NCBI GenBank assembly: GCA_024679065.1
Contig: JAGIQG010000017.1
Span: 33,418,001 to 33,482,000 of the forward strand
Direction of reading: 5' to 3'
DNA length: 64,000 nt
Origin: Sphyrna mokarran
Lineage: Eukaryota
Below, in pieces: positions 1 through 11,750 of this stretch. A program made the translations under genes and the position numbers. Position 1 is the first letter of the stretch, and every line of letters starts with the position of its first letter. The notes under the pieces were generated by a model. It had not been told where the DNA came from and searched no databases. It saw only the letters and a list, made by a program, of their open reading frames with translations.

Positions 1-199
1 GCTAATTCTGACCTTGAAGATCAATGTCGATTAGCATTTAACTTTAATTAAATACAAGCTTGTTTGAGTCAAACTTACTTCAGGATTACTTACCAATTTT
101 TCAGTAAGATTTCCGCACTTAGATTTAACATTTTAACCTGTAACCTTGAATTTATACTCCTAGAACTAAACGTTACAGCCTAGAATACATAAATCGTGA

Positions 200-1050
200 A
201 CTAAATTTTTGCAACAGTGATGAAAACTTTAAAGCAACAAAAATGTCAAGAAGCCATGTTCTTGCATGTAGGGAAACCCTTCAGAATGAAACATGGAGTG
301 ACAGGGTTTCATAACTTCTTGGGATAAACAATTAATACGTTGAATAGGATAGACAGAGGAGATGTTGTTCAGCATCACAAAGCAAGATAATATACTGAGC
401 AGTGTAAGAATCATTTTAAAATATGAACGGGTAAGTATATGGGAAGCTAAGCCAAAGTTCAGAACATTACTGATCAAATGAATTGTGGTTCTGAGGGGTG
501 ATATGGAAAACATCTTGCATATGTTGAAGAGGAAAGGTTGTGGGCAGTTGACCATGTAGAATACATGATGTTTTCTGGTAGAAGAAGCAAGCATTTAGGT
601 GGAAGAATAGTAACAATGAATCATCAGCAAAAGGAGAGCTGTTTTATCAGATGGTCTGAACAGTATTAATTACCAGCTTGTAGCTAAAATAGAAATGAGT
701 CCAGAGAGTTATGTATATATGTTTTGAAATATATCAATAGGAGCAAACTAGTTTAACAAAGGAATCACATATTATGACATGCCTGAGCTGAACAGGGAGG
801 GAGCAGTGCCAAATGAATGTGTCAAAAGCATTTAAGATGTCAGGAGAATCAGCATGAGTTTCAACATTTTGATTTAAACCATTGGCCCCATGCTAATAGA
901 GAAACAGTTTGAGATCAAGGGTAGAGTAACCTGGGAAGAAGCCAAACTCTTGATTGAAGATTAGGGATGTGGAAAAACAGTTAAAAAAATGTCTAGCTAT
1001 AATAGATCATATTGTGTTGCTAATGAAGGAAGGACTGATCAGGTCAGTAA
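200..1050 (-). mobile_element. Highly decayed non-LTR retrotransposon RT fragment (CR1/L2 group, possibly Zenon-like)
   Basis: Minus-strand translation gives 'MLIL(L)/DILNAFDTFIWH' at ~805-857 (RT motif of the LDISKAFDRVWH type). 'SPFADDSLLLF' at ~600-640 matches the catalytic YADD motif and follows in the correct order. Stops and frameshifts throughout. Confidence 0.55.
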
Positions 1051-1499
1051 TTGATGGATTACGTTTTTTTCCAAATATTTATAGCTGATCCTGGCTCTGC
1101 AGTGGGTTGAAGGGATGAACAACAATTCAAGTGTGTAAATGAATAGCAGATTATTTAAAAATACAGAGTCTGAGTTATGGATTTAACTCTGTGAGACCAT
1201 TAGTTGTCGCGTGTAGAGTGTAACATCTGGGTTTCATCCCCTTTGTTATTTTAGCCAATGTTATAGCCATCTCTGCACGTTCACATTGCGAATGCACCAA
1301 CATAATGTTTAAAGATTTCGTTCTGGCTTAGTAAAGTCAAATTAAAATAAACTAATGATCCAAGGAACTCCTGCTACTTCTTTTTTTAATTGGTTAGTAA
1401 ATTTTAGGTAGAACAAAATATAAGTCACTTTTATTGTTTTATTATAAGTTGCTTTACAAATAAGAATGTGTTGTTGCGTAACCTTTTATCTTCCTTTGC

Positions 1500-1865
1500 C
1501 AATTTTCTTTCTTCCTATGTGAAGAATACTTGATCCTGTGCTGGGGTACATTTCCACAAGTGTTAGCCACCTTCCACTATCTCACCAAATCAACTCTTAT
1601 TTGCATATGAGCCTGGATTGTGAATGCAGCCTCATTAGGAACATCACAGTTACATTTCCCTGACTTAATATCTAGATTTATGTGTTTTCAGCAGAAAAAA
1701 AACAAGATACAAACAGGATCTACTGTCCCATCTCCACAGTCCAGAGGCACTGGGGCCAATTTTAGGGCTTTTACAGCTGTTCTGCCTAGAAATAGTTAAG
1801 ATAACACAAGTTGGGAATTAAAGTCTGTCTTATCTACTTTCTGGGTAATTTCATTTAGCCATTGA
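1500..1865 (-). mobile_element. AmnSINE2-like ancient SINE
   Basis: Reverse complement reads ...aaattggccccagtgcctctggact...ccaggctcatatgcaaataagag...ttggtgagatagtggaaggtggct...gtggaaatgtaccccagca...gaaaattgg, colinear with the AmnSINE2 body as I recall it. Confidence 0.55.
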
Positions 1866-2484
1866 GGGAATCCATATTTAATTGTTAAAATCAATTGCAC
1901 TCCTGTTCACCCATCTATCCTCCAAAAATGTGGGATTCTCAACTTGCTTTTCAGGCATTTTGCACCAGTTAAGATTCCTTCCTGGTTCTATTCTCTTTTT
2001 CATTGGTAACTGGCAGAGGCAGTTGGCCATTAATCATGTTGTCATTGTTGTCTTCTCTCTGATCAGCCTATCCAGTTCCATTGTTTGGATGGGCCACCGT
2101 GGCAACCTAGCTGAATTCCTTATATTAACACGGGAAATGTTTTTAAAACTACTTAGTTTCGAACATTTATTATGTATTTAACTTTGTAATTTAGATTTAA
2201 TATTATAAAACTAAAGATAATCTTATTGTTGATATAATTTAACTACTGCAGTTGTAATGTTTCAGAATTTGTATGGATGTTGAGTCCAATTTCGGGTTTC
2301 AAAAACCTACTTCAAGTGTTATTAATTTTTACATGTTTATGTTTTTGTAGATGTTTTGTAGATGTTTATTTTAATATGGTATGACCACAATATAAAGCAT
2401 CTTAGTAACACCCCACGGAAATTTTAAGGGATTTTGTTGCATGAAAAAATAGCTTTTTAAAAAAATCACGTAATGCACCAAATT

Positions 2485-3130
2485 CATAGAATCATAGAAT
2501 CTCTACAGAGTAGGAGGAGACCATTTAGCCCATAAACTTTGCACCAACTCTCCAACATAGCATCCCACCCAGGTCCGATCTCTATAGACTCAAGTATTTA
2601 TCCTATACATCTTGGAATTTACCATGGCCAATCAATCTAATCCACACATTTTTGGACTATAGAAGGAAACCCTACAGAGACAGGGAGAATGTGCAAACTT
2701 TGTGCGGCACGGTAGCAAGTGGTTAGCACTGCTGCTTCATAGCTCCAGGATCCTGGGTTTGATTCCCAGCTCAGATCATTATCTGTGTGGAGTTTGCACA
2801 TTCTCCTCGTGTCTGCGTGGCTTTCCTCCGGGTACTCCGGTTTCCTCCCACAACATGTGTGGGTTAGGTTGATTGGCCATGCTATGAAATTGCCCCTTAG
2901 TGTCTAGGGATACGTAGTTTAGTGGGAGTAGTATAATATGTAGGGATATGGGAGTATGGGCCTGGGCAGGATTGTGTTTGGTGCAGACTCGAAGGGCTTC
3001 TTTCTGCACTGTAGGGTTCTATAATTTCTATGATTCTATCCACACAAACAGCTATGCAAGGCCAGCATTGAACCCGGATGCCTCACACTATGACACAACA
3101 GTATCAAACACTGTGCCACCATGCCACCCC
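2485..3130 (-). mobile_element. HE1/V-SINE (host copy, split at 2700/3040 by a second SINE)
   Basis: catagaatcatagaat tail repeat at 2485. The V-domain reverse complement 'gggagaatgtgcaaact' stops at ~2700 and resumes 'ccacacaaacag...ttgaacccgg...ctgtgccaccatgccacc' at 3040-3130. Confidence 0.85.
2701..3039 (+). mobile_element. HE1/V-SINE, full length, CR1-type tail
   Basis: tRNA-like head (cggcacggtagcaagtggttagcact, B-box gggtttgattccc), V domain (tgtggagtttgcacattctcctcgtgtctgcgtgg) and tail ttctatgattctat. Confidence 0.9.
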
Positions 3131-3149
3131 AAATTTTATAGAGTTTTGA

Positions 3150-4260
3150 CAGTTCAAGGGTTTAAAAATTGAATGCGGGAAGATAATGCCAAAAATGAAA
3201 TGTTTAAGTGCGAAAAACAGTTCAAGATAGAAAAAAAAGCTTTTAAATGATCTGTATGAAAAATGTACATACACAGTAAAGATAATTTTGGATAAGAGAG
3301 AAGCTTTGGGAAAAAACAATGAATATTCCAGAAAGTAAGGAGAGATTCTTTTGGATATATTTGTAACAGTTAAAGTATTAATAAAAGCCTTTAAGGGTGA
3401 TAGCAAGATAATGATGGAGAATGGAGTGTAACAAAACTTTCGACTTGTCTCTCTACAACAGTTTTCACTTTGGATTGTTGATATTGCTTTGAACTTGAAG
3501 CTAATGTGTAAGAAACCTGTCTGAGTTAACAAAGATAACAAAAGGCCAAAGTGAAGTGATTACAGAACTGGAAAACTTGAATATGTATGAAGTACTGGAG
3601 CCAGATGGAAAGCATCTCTGAATAATCAAACAAATTAAGGCAGAAGTAAGGAATGTTCTGGCAGAAATTGTGCAAAGCCCATTGAATGTAAGGACGATAG
3701 CTAAAGACTGGAAAGTAACTAATGTGATTCCAATTTTTTTAAAAAGGTCAGAAGCATGGTCCTGGGAATTAAGGGCCTGTTAGTTTGACATCTACAGTGG
3801 GAAAATTATTGGAGACTATTATATAGGAAGCAATTGAAGTGCATCTAGCAAGAGTAAAAGCAGTAAAAGTAATAAATCCAGCCAATGTGGGTTTGTGAAA
3901 GACAGGTCATGCCTAACAAATCTGCTGGATATTTTGGAGAATTTAACAGAGCTGTGAAGAAAGGTAGTGACTTTTTACCCTGACTTGTGTAACCATTTAA
4001 TAAGACCCCCCACGAGACTTATGACAAAAATGAAAATTTATAGTATTGAGGCAGAAGTTAATTAATTTGGTGGAAAATACAAAACTGAGAGTCTATATAA
4101 GTGGCAATAATTTTAGTTGGGCAGGTGTGACTAGTGAAATGTCTCAGGAGTGTGACAAGTAGAACATCTATGTTCAGTGATAAGACTACAGTTGTATAGA
4201 ATATTCCAAGGAGAGGAATAGCATTTGGACAGCAATAGATACTCAGAAGCCTGTCACATT
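3150..4260 (+). mobile_element. Decayed CR1 LINE ORF2 (RT region)
   Basis: Translates as PDGKHL*IIK...DWKVTNVIPIF/KKG...PGN*GPVSLTSTVGKLLETII...SQCGFVKDRSCLTNLL, all CR1 RT motifs, with stops and frameshifts. Confidence 0.85.
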
Positions 4261-4304
4261 TAGTACTGAGAAACATAAGGTAACCAGTACAAATGAGATA
4301 AAGA

Positions 4305-4368
4305 AGGATAGGCAATAAATGCTGGGCTTGCTAATGACACCCATATCCCATGAACAAATAAAAAAAAA
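4305..4368 (+). mobile_element. Short LINE/SINE 3' tail fragment
   Basis: ggataggcaataaatgctgggcttgctaatgacacccatatcccatgaacaaataaaaaaaa, the same tail seen at 15290-15354 and 47115-47180. Confidence 0.7.
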
Positions 4369-4682
4369 TGATATTCATTCCAATAATGGTGAAGAAGATT
4401 GGTGTCACAAATTTTAAATTGCAAGAAAAATGTGCAACAGGAAAAATGCTTTTCAAATAACAATCTAATAAACAATGAAAGGGTTGCTACATTATGTAAT
4501 AGCAGGTGTCAAGCCAAATAGAGGTCCAGATTTTTTTTTCTCTGTTGTGGCAGGGGAGGTGGGGGGCGTCTGATGGTGTGTCTGGCATTGGACTTCTTTG
4601 TGCACATTTAAGTTTAAACATTTTTGCTGAATGCACAAAGTTGATCATAACACAATAAGGGAAACAGAGCAAGCCAATGTGT

Positions 4683-5095
4683 TTCTCCTTATAACCAGTA
4701 GATTGAAATATTGAGAAATAAACCGAGGGAGGATTGAGAAGCAGGCTGAACTAAAGGGGATGAATCAATGTCAAATCTATAGCAGGAAGAAGAATAAAGT
4801 GAGGGAAAGAAAGATTGGACAAAAAATACAGTAAAAACAAAATAACAGAAAAACAACAAAAAAAACAGATTTTTTTTACCATTTCTGCATTTAACAATCT
4901 CTAACAACATTTAGCACCTGAAGGAATAATAAATCATTTTCAGTTACATGTGCAACAGGTCATTTTCAGTGTCAGAGAGGCCGACTGATAGTAGTTAACA
5001 ATTATCATATTATTATGAGGATAGTTACAATCATGACTTTTCTTTGGCAACTTGATGATCCTTCATACAATTGATATCATTCAATGGTGGGGCAC
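4683..5095 (+). repeat. Unclassified interspersed repeat, copy A
   Basis: Shares colinear blocks with 24121-24490: tcaatgtcaaatc, aaagattgg, acctgaag, tgtcaga.agg, gta.ttaacaat.atca. Confidence 0.6.
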
Positions 5096-5977
5096 TTAGA
5101 AACATGCCTTTTCTGTGGGGCTTGTAGCATAACCCTATCAGTAAACTTTGAATATTGGCATCTATCTACTTTTTTATTATTTGGCAGAAATTGTTGTATA
5201 TAAACAGTGACAATGATGAATGCCATTAGGCCTTATTGCTTTTCAACAGCAAATTCTGGCCTAATGCCTTGGGTTTATGTTAGAACTGATGAGTATGAGG
5301 AATTCATTATGATGAAAGATAAGTTGGAATTTTCCCAGCGTCATGGAAACAGTTTTGGAGTTGGTGGTAGAGAGATCTCTCACCTCCTTATGATTATCTT
5401 AGAGGAGGACTCCCAATGTTAATGGCTAACAGTCTGTCAGTGATGATAGTCAGTTAAAATATGTAACTCCTATGTTGCCACGACAATATTTTCTGAAAGT
5501 TGCATGGGTGTGCCTGCAGCTTGTCTCCTCATGGAAGATGAGAACAGAGCGGGAGGGCAGAACACCATGCCAGGCATATGTTAACGTTATTTTAAGAGTA
5601 TTAAATTCTGCTTTCGATTGGAAGTGATTTCACTGCAGATGGATCAAGTGGTACGGGTCAGGATTTGGTTGTATTTCAGCATCAGTATTGCCCCTTCATC
5701 TTGTAACATGCTCTCCTTATCTGTATACCTGAGGAACACAAGACATTCTCAATAAATTACTGGCCATCCTTTCCTTCAGCCACTCTGTTTGGCTGTCCCC
5801 CATCCAGTTCTTGCCCACAACTCCCTAATTATTGGACGAATATGGAGGCAGTTTGTTAATTGGTCTCCTCCTGTTCGGTTTTACTGGAGGGCACGTCACT
5901 GACCCAGAAATGGTCCTGATGTACAAAAATCTTTTAAGTGGAGAACATTCCAGCCATAGGAATTTCATCTGAAGTAT

Positions 5978-6110
5978 AAAGGCAAAATACTGTGGATGCT
6001 GGAATCAGAAACAAAAACAGAGAATGCTTGGAAAGCTCAGTAGGTCAGACAGCATCAGTGGAGAGAGAATAGAGCCAATGTTTTGAGTCTGCATGACCCT
6101 TTGCCAGAGT
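5978..6110 (-). mobile_element. Penelope-like element terminal-repeat fragment
   Basis: aaggcaaaatactgtggatgctggaatcagaaacaaaaacagagaatgct...gcatcagtggagagagaa is the reverse complement of the family at 17727-17830. Confidence 0.65.
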
Positions 6111-6699
6111 TCAAGTTTGATTGAATAATTGGGTTTTGAATGATAAGGAAACTTGGCTCGTTTTTCTGTGGCAAGTTAACTGCAAGTGCACATCATGCAA
6201 GTTTTTAAATTAGTAATGGAAATTGTAACACAGTTATGGAAATATATTTGCATGGAAACTAAATCCAATGAAGCAAAGACAAGATTATGAGCTGAAGAAA
6301 TTATGATCAGCGTGTAATTTAAACAGCCACCTCTTCATGATTATAATTGTTAACTTTTGTGCTCTCCCCAACACAGTGAATACTCACTTAGAACATTCAG
6401 TTATAAAGTAGAAAGGTTTGTGATTTTAAAATGATGGAAAATGACAAGTTTGTTCTAGTGTGGGATCAAACTTGCTTGTGCTAAGTGCTTGGAGAGTCCA
6501 TTACAATTCCTATGCAGAATTTGAATGTACTTCAACATTCTGTCCTTTAACGGCTGAGGATACATCATGTTCAGTGTTCTTCCCTGTATTCCCTGTAGCC
6601 ACTCAGATGAGACTTATAGCAATAATCCTATGTTTGGTTCCTTACAAATATGCATATTTTAAAATTATTTGTTGGCCCATCCTTCATTACCTTTGAAAC

Positions 6700-6992
6700 C
6701 GAATGGCTTGATTGGCCAGTTAAGAGTTGCTGTGGATCTAGAGTCACATGTAGGCCAAATTGGGTAAGGACAGCAGATTTCCTTCCCTGAAGGACATTGG
6801 TGAGCCAGTTTGGGTTTTTATGACAAGCAACAATGGTTTCATGAACACTATTGGATGATTAATTCCAGAATTTTTTTTATTGAATTCAAATTTCACCATT
6901 TGGCATGGTGGGATTTGAACCAGGGTCTCTAGAGCATTGTCCTGGGTCTCTAGGTTACTGGTTGAAATACAATATCTCTATGCCACTGCCTC
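6700..6992 (-). mobile_element. Shark tRNA-derived SINE (family of 14091-15354)
   Basis: Contains gagtcacatgtaggccaa...gggtaaggacagcagatttccttccctgaaggacatt...gaattcaaatttcacc...ggtgggatttgaacc (B-box reverse complement); reverse-complement match to the 14091 copy. Confidence 0.8.
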
Positions 6993-8380
6993 TACTGCCT
7001 AGAATAACTAATTATCCTTTATGTTGTCACAGAGAAAAGGTATTTTCTCTCTTCCTGCCCATCATTAATATATTTGGTGTGGAAAGAGTTGTGTATTTTC
7101 TTATCCTCAGAATGTATATTTTAATTAAATAATTCAGCAGCAACATTTGTGAGTTTAACATTCAAGCGATTATTTATTCTCACAAACCCTGACATTGAAT
7201 GCTCGCAAGCGTGCACACACGTACGTGTAAATACACCCATGTAAATGCCTAACGTCACATGATTTGTGGCAGCCACTTGAACAGCTTCTCAATTTTTAGA
7301 AGTATTGATTGAAAGTTTATAATATGACATGTTTGTACTTGACATGACAGTATACACATAAGCATTTTGTGAACCATTTTGAGGTACATAGTGAACCCTT
7401 ACTGCTATAACCTACAAATTTACGTGTCCAGTACTCAATTAAGGGAACTGATGAGGACAAAGCTTTTCACACCTGAATGATTAAATAATCTTCACACTTG
7501 TTTCCGATAAAGGTTTGCATGCCTGTTATGTTTTTTGGTCTGCCAGTTTTGTAACAGCAATCATCATGAACTCTCTGAACCTCACATTCAAACTATTCAC
7601 CTTTAAATTATATAAGAAACCATGACATTATCCAATAGTTGAAATTACAATGATGTACAAGAAGAGAAAAATGAAAAAAGATTTATTTTTTAGCACTATT
7701 CAGGACCTGTACTACCAATGACTATAAAAGAAAAATAAGTGAAGAATTGTGTTGATGCACAGAAACAAAATAACTATGGATGAGCAACTGACTGACTATG
7801 TCCAAAATGTGTTGATTATTGCAAGGAAATTAATGTAACAAACTACAGGTAGCCTGTGGAATTTTATTTAATTGGACCAAGTTACTAATTTGAATAACAT
7901 TGGTCAGTTTCAAAGCTCTTAATTTCAGAATGGGTACAACTTGAAACTAATTTAGAATTATAGTTCAAATAGGCAAAGAGGCAAAGACCCTTTTCTGGAT
8001 TGCAAAAGATAGAAACTAGTAAATATTATCTAAAAAATGCTGACGCATCATCAGTTTCCTATCTAATAATCTGACGGAAGATTCAGACTTCCAAGTGCTT
8101 TGTATGCAGCATTCAAAAATCAAGAGCTAAGTGGAAATACAGTGTGACTATTAATGATTTTATCAAATCATTTATAGGTTTGACATTTCACAGAGAGTAC
8201 AGCATAATTTTTCAAGCTATCATTCAAAAGGATGTGTATTATTGACAATAGCAAAGGAATAAGCATAAAATAATAACATTTGTGTGTGGGCTATTGGTTT
8301 AATAATGACCAAATTTTGTTGAATAAATCAAATAAGCTAGAATACAGAAAATTTAGTTCAAGTAAACTCTGAAATATATG

Positions 8381-8475
8381 AAAAGCTCATGATTCCAAAT
8401 AAACCTGGTGGACTTTAACTTAGTATTGTGAGACTTCTTACTGTGCCCAACCCAATCTAACGCTGGCCTCACCAC
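8381..8475 (+). mobile_element. Penelope-like terminal fragment (second family)
   Basis: ccaaataaacctggtggactttaacttagtattgtgagacttcttactgtg; an inverted copy lies at 10093-10210. Confidence 0.65.
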
Positions 8476-8509
8476 TTCTGAAGTATATTCACAAAGAATA
8501 ATGGTCATA

Positions 8510-10090
8510 GGACACACGACAGGAGGTAGGGAAATGACTGAAGGCACAGTTAAAGAGATAAGTTTTAGGAATATTTTAAAGGATAAATTTAGCAAGCAAG
8601 AAGGTTGGGAGGCTTTGAAGAGTCTCAGAGAATAAGGCTGAAACATCCAAGGGCTCTTCCACCGGTTATTAAGTAGATGAAAGGGGAATAAACGTGAAAG
8701 ACCAGAGTCAGATAACTAAAGGGTATAGGTGAGTGCGTGGTGCGGGAGTAAGTTGTGGATGTATAAGCATAGTGGCTGTGGAACAAGCTGCAAGTAAGAA
8801 TGACAATTTTGAGGTTAATGCATCAAGAGACATTGGACTAATAAAGGTTGACATGGAAGACCAAACAGGTGAGCAGAGAATAGTACAAGACAAGCACCAG
8901 TGGCAGAGATTTTATTGAGTTTCTAGGGGTAGAGCATAGGCAAATGGCTTATAGAATTCTAGACAAATTGACCTTGTAAGTAACAAAAGCACGGAGTACT
9001 TCTCTAAGAAATAGAGGGCACACATTAAAAATGGAGCTGCATAACATTGTTCAAGTCAAATCAATTATTCCTTGTAATAGATTTAATAAAGCTCTGCATT
9101 GTTTTGTTCAGCCAAAGTTAGCAGCTATGGAGGGGAAGGATCTGTCCTGTCATAAGGGTACAGAGTTACTGGCAGGAGCTGAAAAGGATGGCCTTGGACA
9201 TGCCACATTTCTATTGGAGATATATTTGGTTTACCTGAAGATTTGGTGTTGGAAAGGTAATCTGACAATGTTTGTCATGGACTGAGGATGATCTAAAGGG
9301 GAAAGGCCGAATGATATCACAATAGATGTGTCATCTAACCACATCTCTATGAATTTGCTAAAGAGATAATTACATTGGGAGAACAGAATAGGAGAGTATG
9401 ATGATAGGATGAGATGAAGTGGGAGGAAGTTCATGTAAAACACAAATACCAATGTACAGCAGTAAGGACCAAAACTGGGAGACTAAAGATCCATTCAGAT
9501 GGGACAGTTTCTTCAATATGAGAACATCTTTACGCTTCTTGTATTGTTTTTGGAGATAAGGAGGTGGAATGGGTGAGGGAGAATGGAGACAGAAAATGTG
9601 GTGTTTTTGACATAGAGAGATTTGGAATGTGCTTACTGTCCAAGGTGACTTTGATCTTGGCTATTTCACCAGAGAATGGAGGAATGGAAATAGATGCGCA
9701 AAATTAAATATCAGGTTTCATAACACCTTTCTAAACATCAAATGGTCCTCAGTAGCATTTTCTCTTAGTTCTAAAGTGTTCTGAAGTCTACAGAACTCAG
9801 CTGAGTTTACAGACGTGGACGCTAACTCAGGACACAACTGAAATGGAAGTTATAAATGATTTTGTGCAGATGAGGGCATCAAAGGCTAAGACAACAGAGC
9901 AGTTGAATGGATTAACTGAGTGGGGCAGCAATGGTGGTGAAAGACGAGAGGAAAGAGAATTGCTCGTAAGAAACAAGGTGAATGTTTTCCAAGGATGGAG
10001 AGGATGAGATGTTTTGACTAGGAAAAAAATGTTTTGGGAAGGTGAAGTTGAGGTGGGACTTTGTGAAAACTGAGATGTAGTCAATTCAGT
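8510..10090 (-). mobile_element. Very old L2 LINE remnant
   Basis: Purine-rich antisense L2 3' region (aaagagataagttttaggaatattttaaagga) at 8550-8590. The minus-strand ORF 9827-10084 (...LHPWKTF...LAFDAL) resembles the L2 ORF2 linker. Confidence 0.5.
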
Positions 10091-10092
10091 TT

Positions 10093-10210
10093 GATGTGGA
10101 GATGCCGGCTTTGGACTGGGGTAAACATAGTAAGAAGTCTCACAACACCAGGTTAAAGTCCAACAGGTTTATTTGGTAGCAAAAGCCACTAGCTTTCAGA
10201 GCGCTGCTTC
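10093..10210 (-). mobile_element. Penelope-like terminal fragment (second family)
   Basis: gatgtggagatgccggctttggactgggg...aagaagtctcacaacaccaggttaaagtccaacaggtttatttggtagc...gctttcagagcgctgc. Confidence 0.7.
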
Positions 10211-11514
10211 TGCCCAGTTTACCCAATTCAATTTGGGCAATAGAACACCATGAAACATAGAATGCAGCTGGGTAAGATTCAATGATCGGAAAGAATCACT
10301 GCTTTAGCCAGACTCAGAATATCAGTAGTTTTCTTGAAAATACATCTGTGGCAATGAAATGAGTAAAGACATCTGTAGTTGATGAAGATTCTATCAAGAT
10401 TAAAAACCTTACAAAGTTCCCAACTTGCACCATGGCTGTGATAGTTCTTGAGTGATCCCCTGGGTTGATCTGAAATTACAATGCATGCTATTTGCAATGC
10501 TTTCACTCACTGCGGTTTGCCACAACTACTCAAGATTGTCCACGAGAATTTGAAAAATTTACCTTCGCAGAAAATATTTTCATGTAAAAAAAACTGTGTG
10601 TCACAGCCTGGGTCTGACAGGTTGGTTTCTGTGGTGCACTAACAGAATCTTTACTGTGCCTTCAATCTTAACCTATGTTAATTCCTACACTATAATTATC
10701 GATCAAGTCATTGACAATTCATAACAGGGAAATCTTTTTTCTCCATGATACTTACCACAAAATTATTTCTTACTGTGCCTGTCTGACTTACCAGCTTGTA
10801 CACTGTAGGACTATGCTGTGCGCCTCTCGCCACTCGACAATGCTGAGTGTTGGATGCTGGATGCTATTTCTACTGCCTGCTGCTTCGCTCTTGATGCATT
10901 TTCTTTCTGCTCCCCATAGCTGCACCTGCTTATCCGCATCCACAAGTTCAGCCAGTTACAGAGGGGTTATTACACAATAGGCAATTTTAATTGAGGAAAA
11001 CAAGCAATTCTGATGTAAGTACACCTTAGGAAGGGAACATGAGGCAGGACATGTGGTTTGATCACTCTGGTTTGGATCTAAACTTAAAATATCATCCCTT
11101 TATTTTCAATTTGAATAGAATCCATCTAATTGAATTCATTTCCCTGCTTCCTTTACACAAGCGGTCTGCTTATTTCATAAAAAGGAAAGCTTTTGATCAA
11201 ACAAGGAAGGATCCAAATTCCGCACTAATCTGACAGCAGCATCTGCTACTTTCAGAAGTTCGGATCTTTAAAAACATAATGCTTAATGATTGTGTTGTAT
11301 TTTGCTCCTTTCCCTGAATGCTTTAAAAATAGCAATCTAAATACTGGAGGTATTGCAAGACTAAAAAAAATAATGCAAAGGATGTGAATTAAAAGGAGTT
11401 TTAGCTGCACAATATATATAAGGATATGGGCACATAGAAAATATAAAGCGTTACCCTGAAATTAATTTGTAAAGACATTAAGAAAATAATATAAAATGTA
11501 TGATTTTTCACTCC

Positions 11515-11750
11515 GCAATTTCCCTTTCCCAGTCCTCACATGTTATGCACCATTCCCCAGCCAAGCTGGCAAACTGCTTCCAAGCTTCTGCCAATATAAC
11601 CTGAAAGTGCAAAGAACAGCCTGAGCAACCCTCACTCTTATTTACCCTTCTTCCCCGTGGATAAGCACTTGACATCCCTTGCCATCTCCCACTGATGGCT
11701 TGGATGAGATCAGTAACTCACCATGTGGGGAATCAAATTCCTAGCACTTC
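11515..11750 (-). mobile_element. Possible degraded AmnSINE2-like SINE
   Basis: Begins gcaatttccctttccc and ends gagatcagtaactcaccatgtggggaatcaaat, the same layout as 1500-1865. Weak match. Confidence 0.35.

Noticed and set aside
2701-2780. tRNA genes at the A/B-box sequences (also 16512, 22250-22328, 26809, 45640-45700, 57630)
   Set aside because: These are SINE heads or likely SINE-head relics; most run straight into SINE bodies and no cloverleaf is evident.
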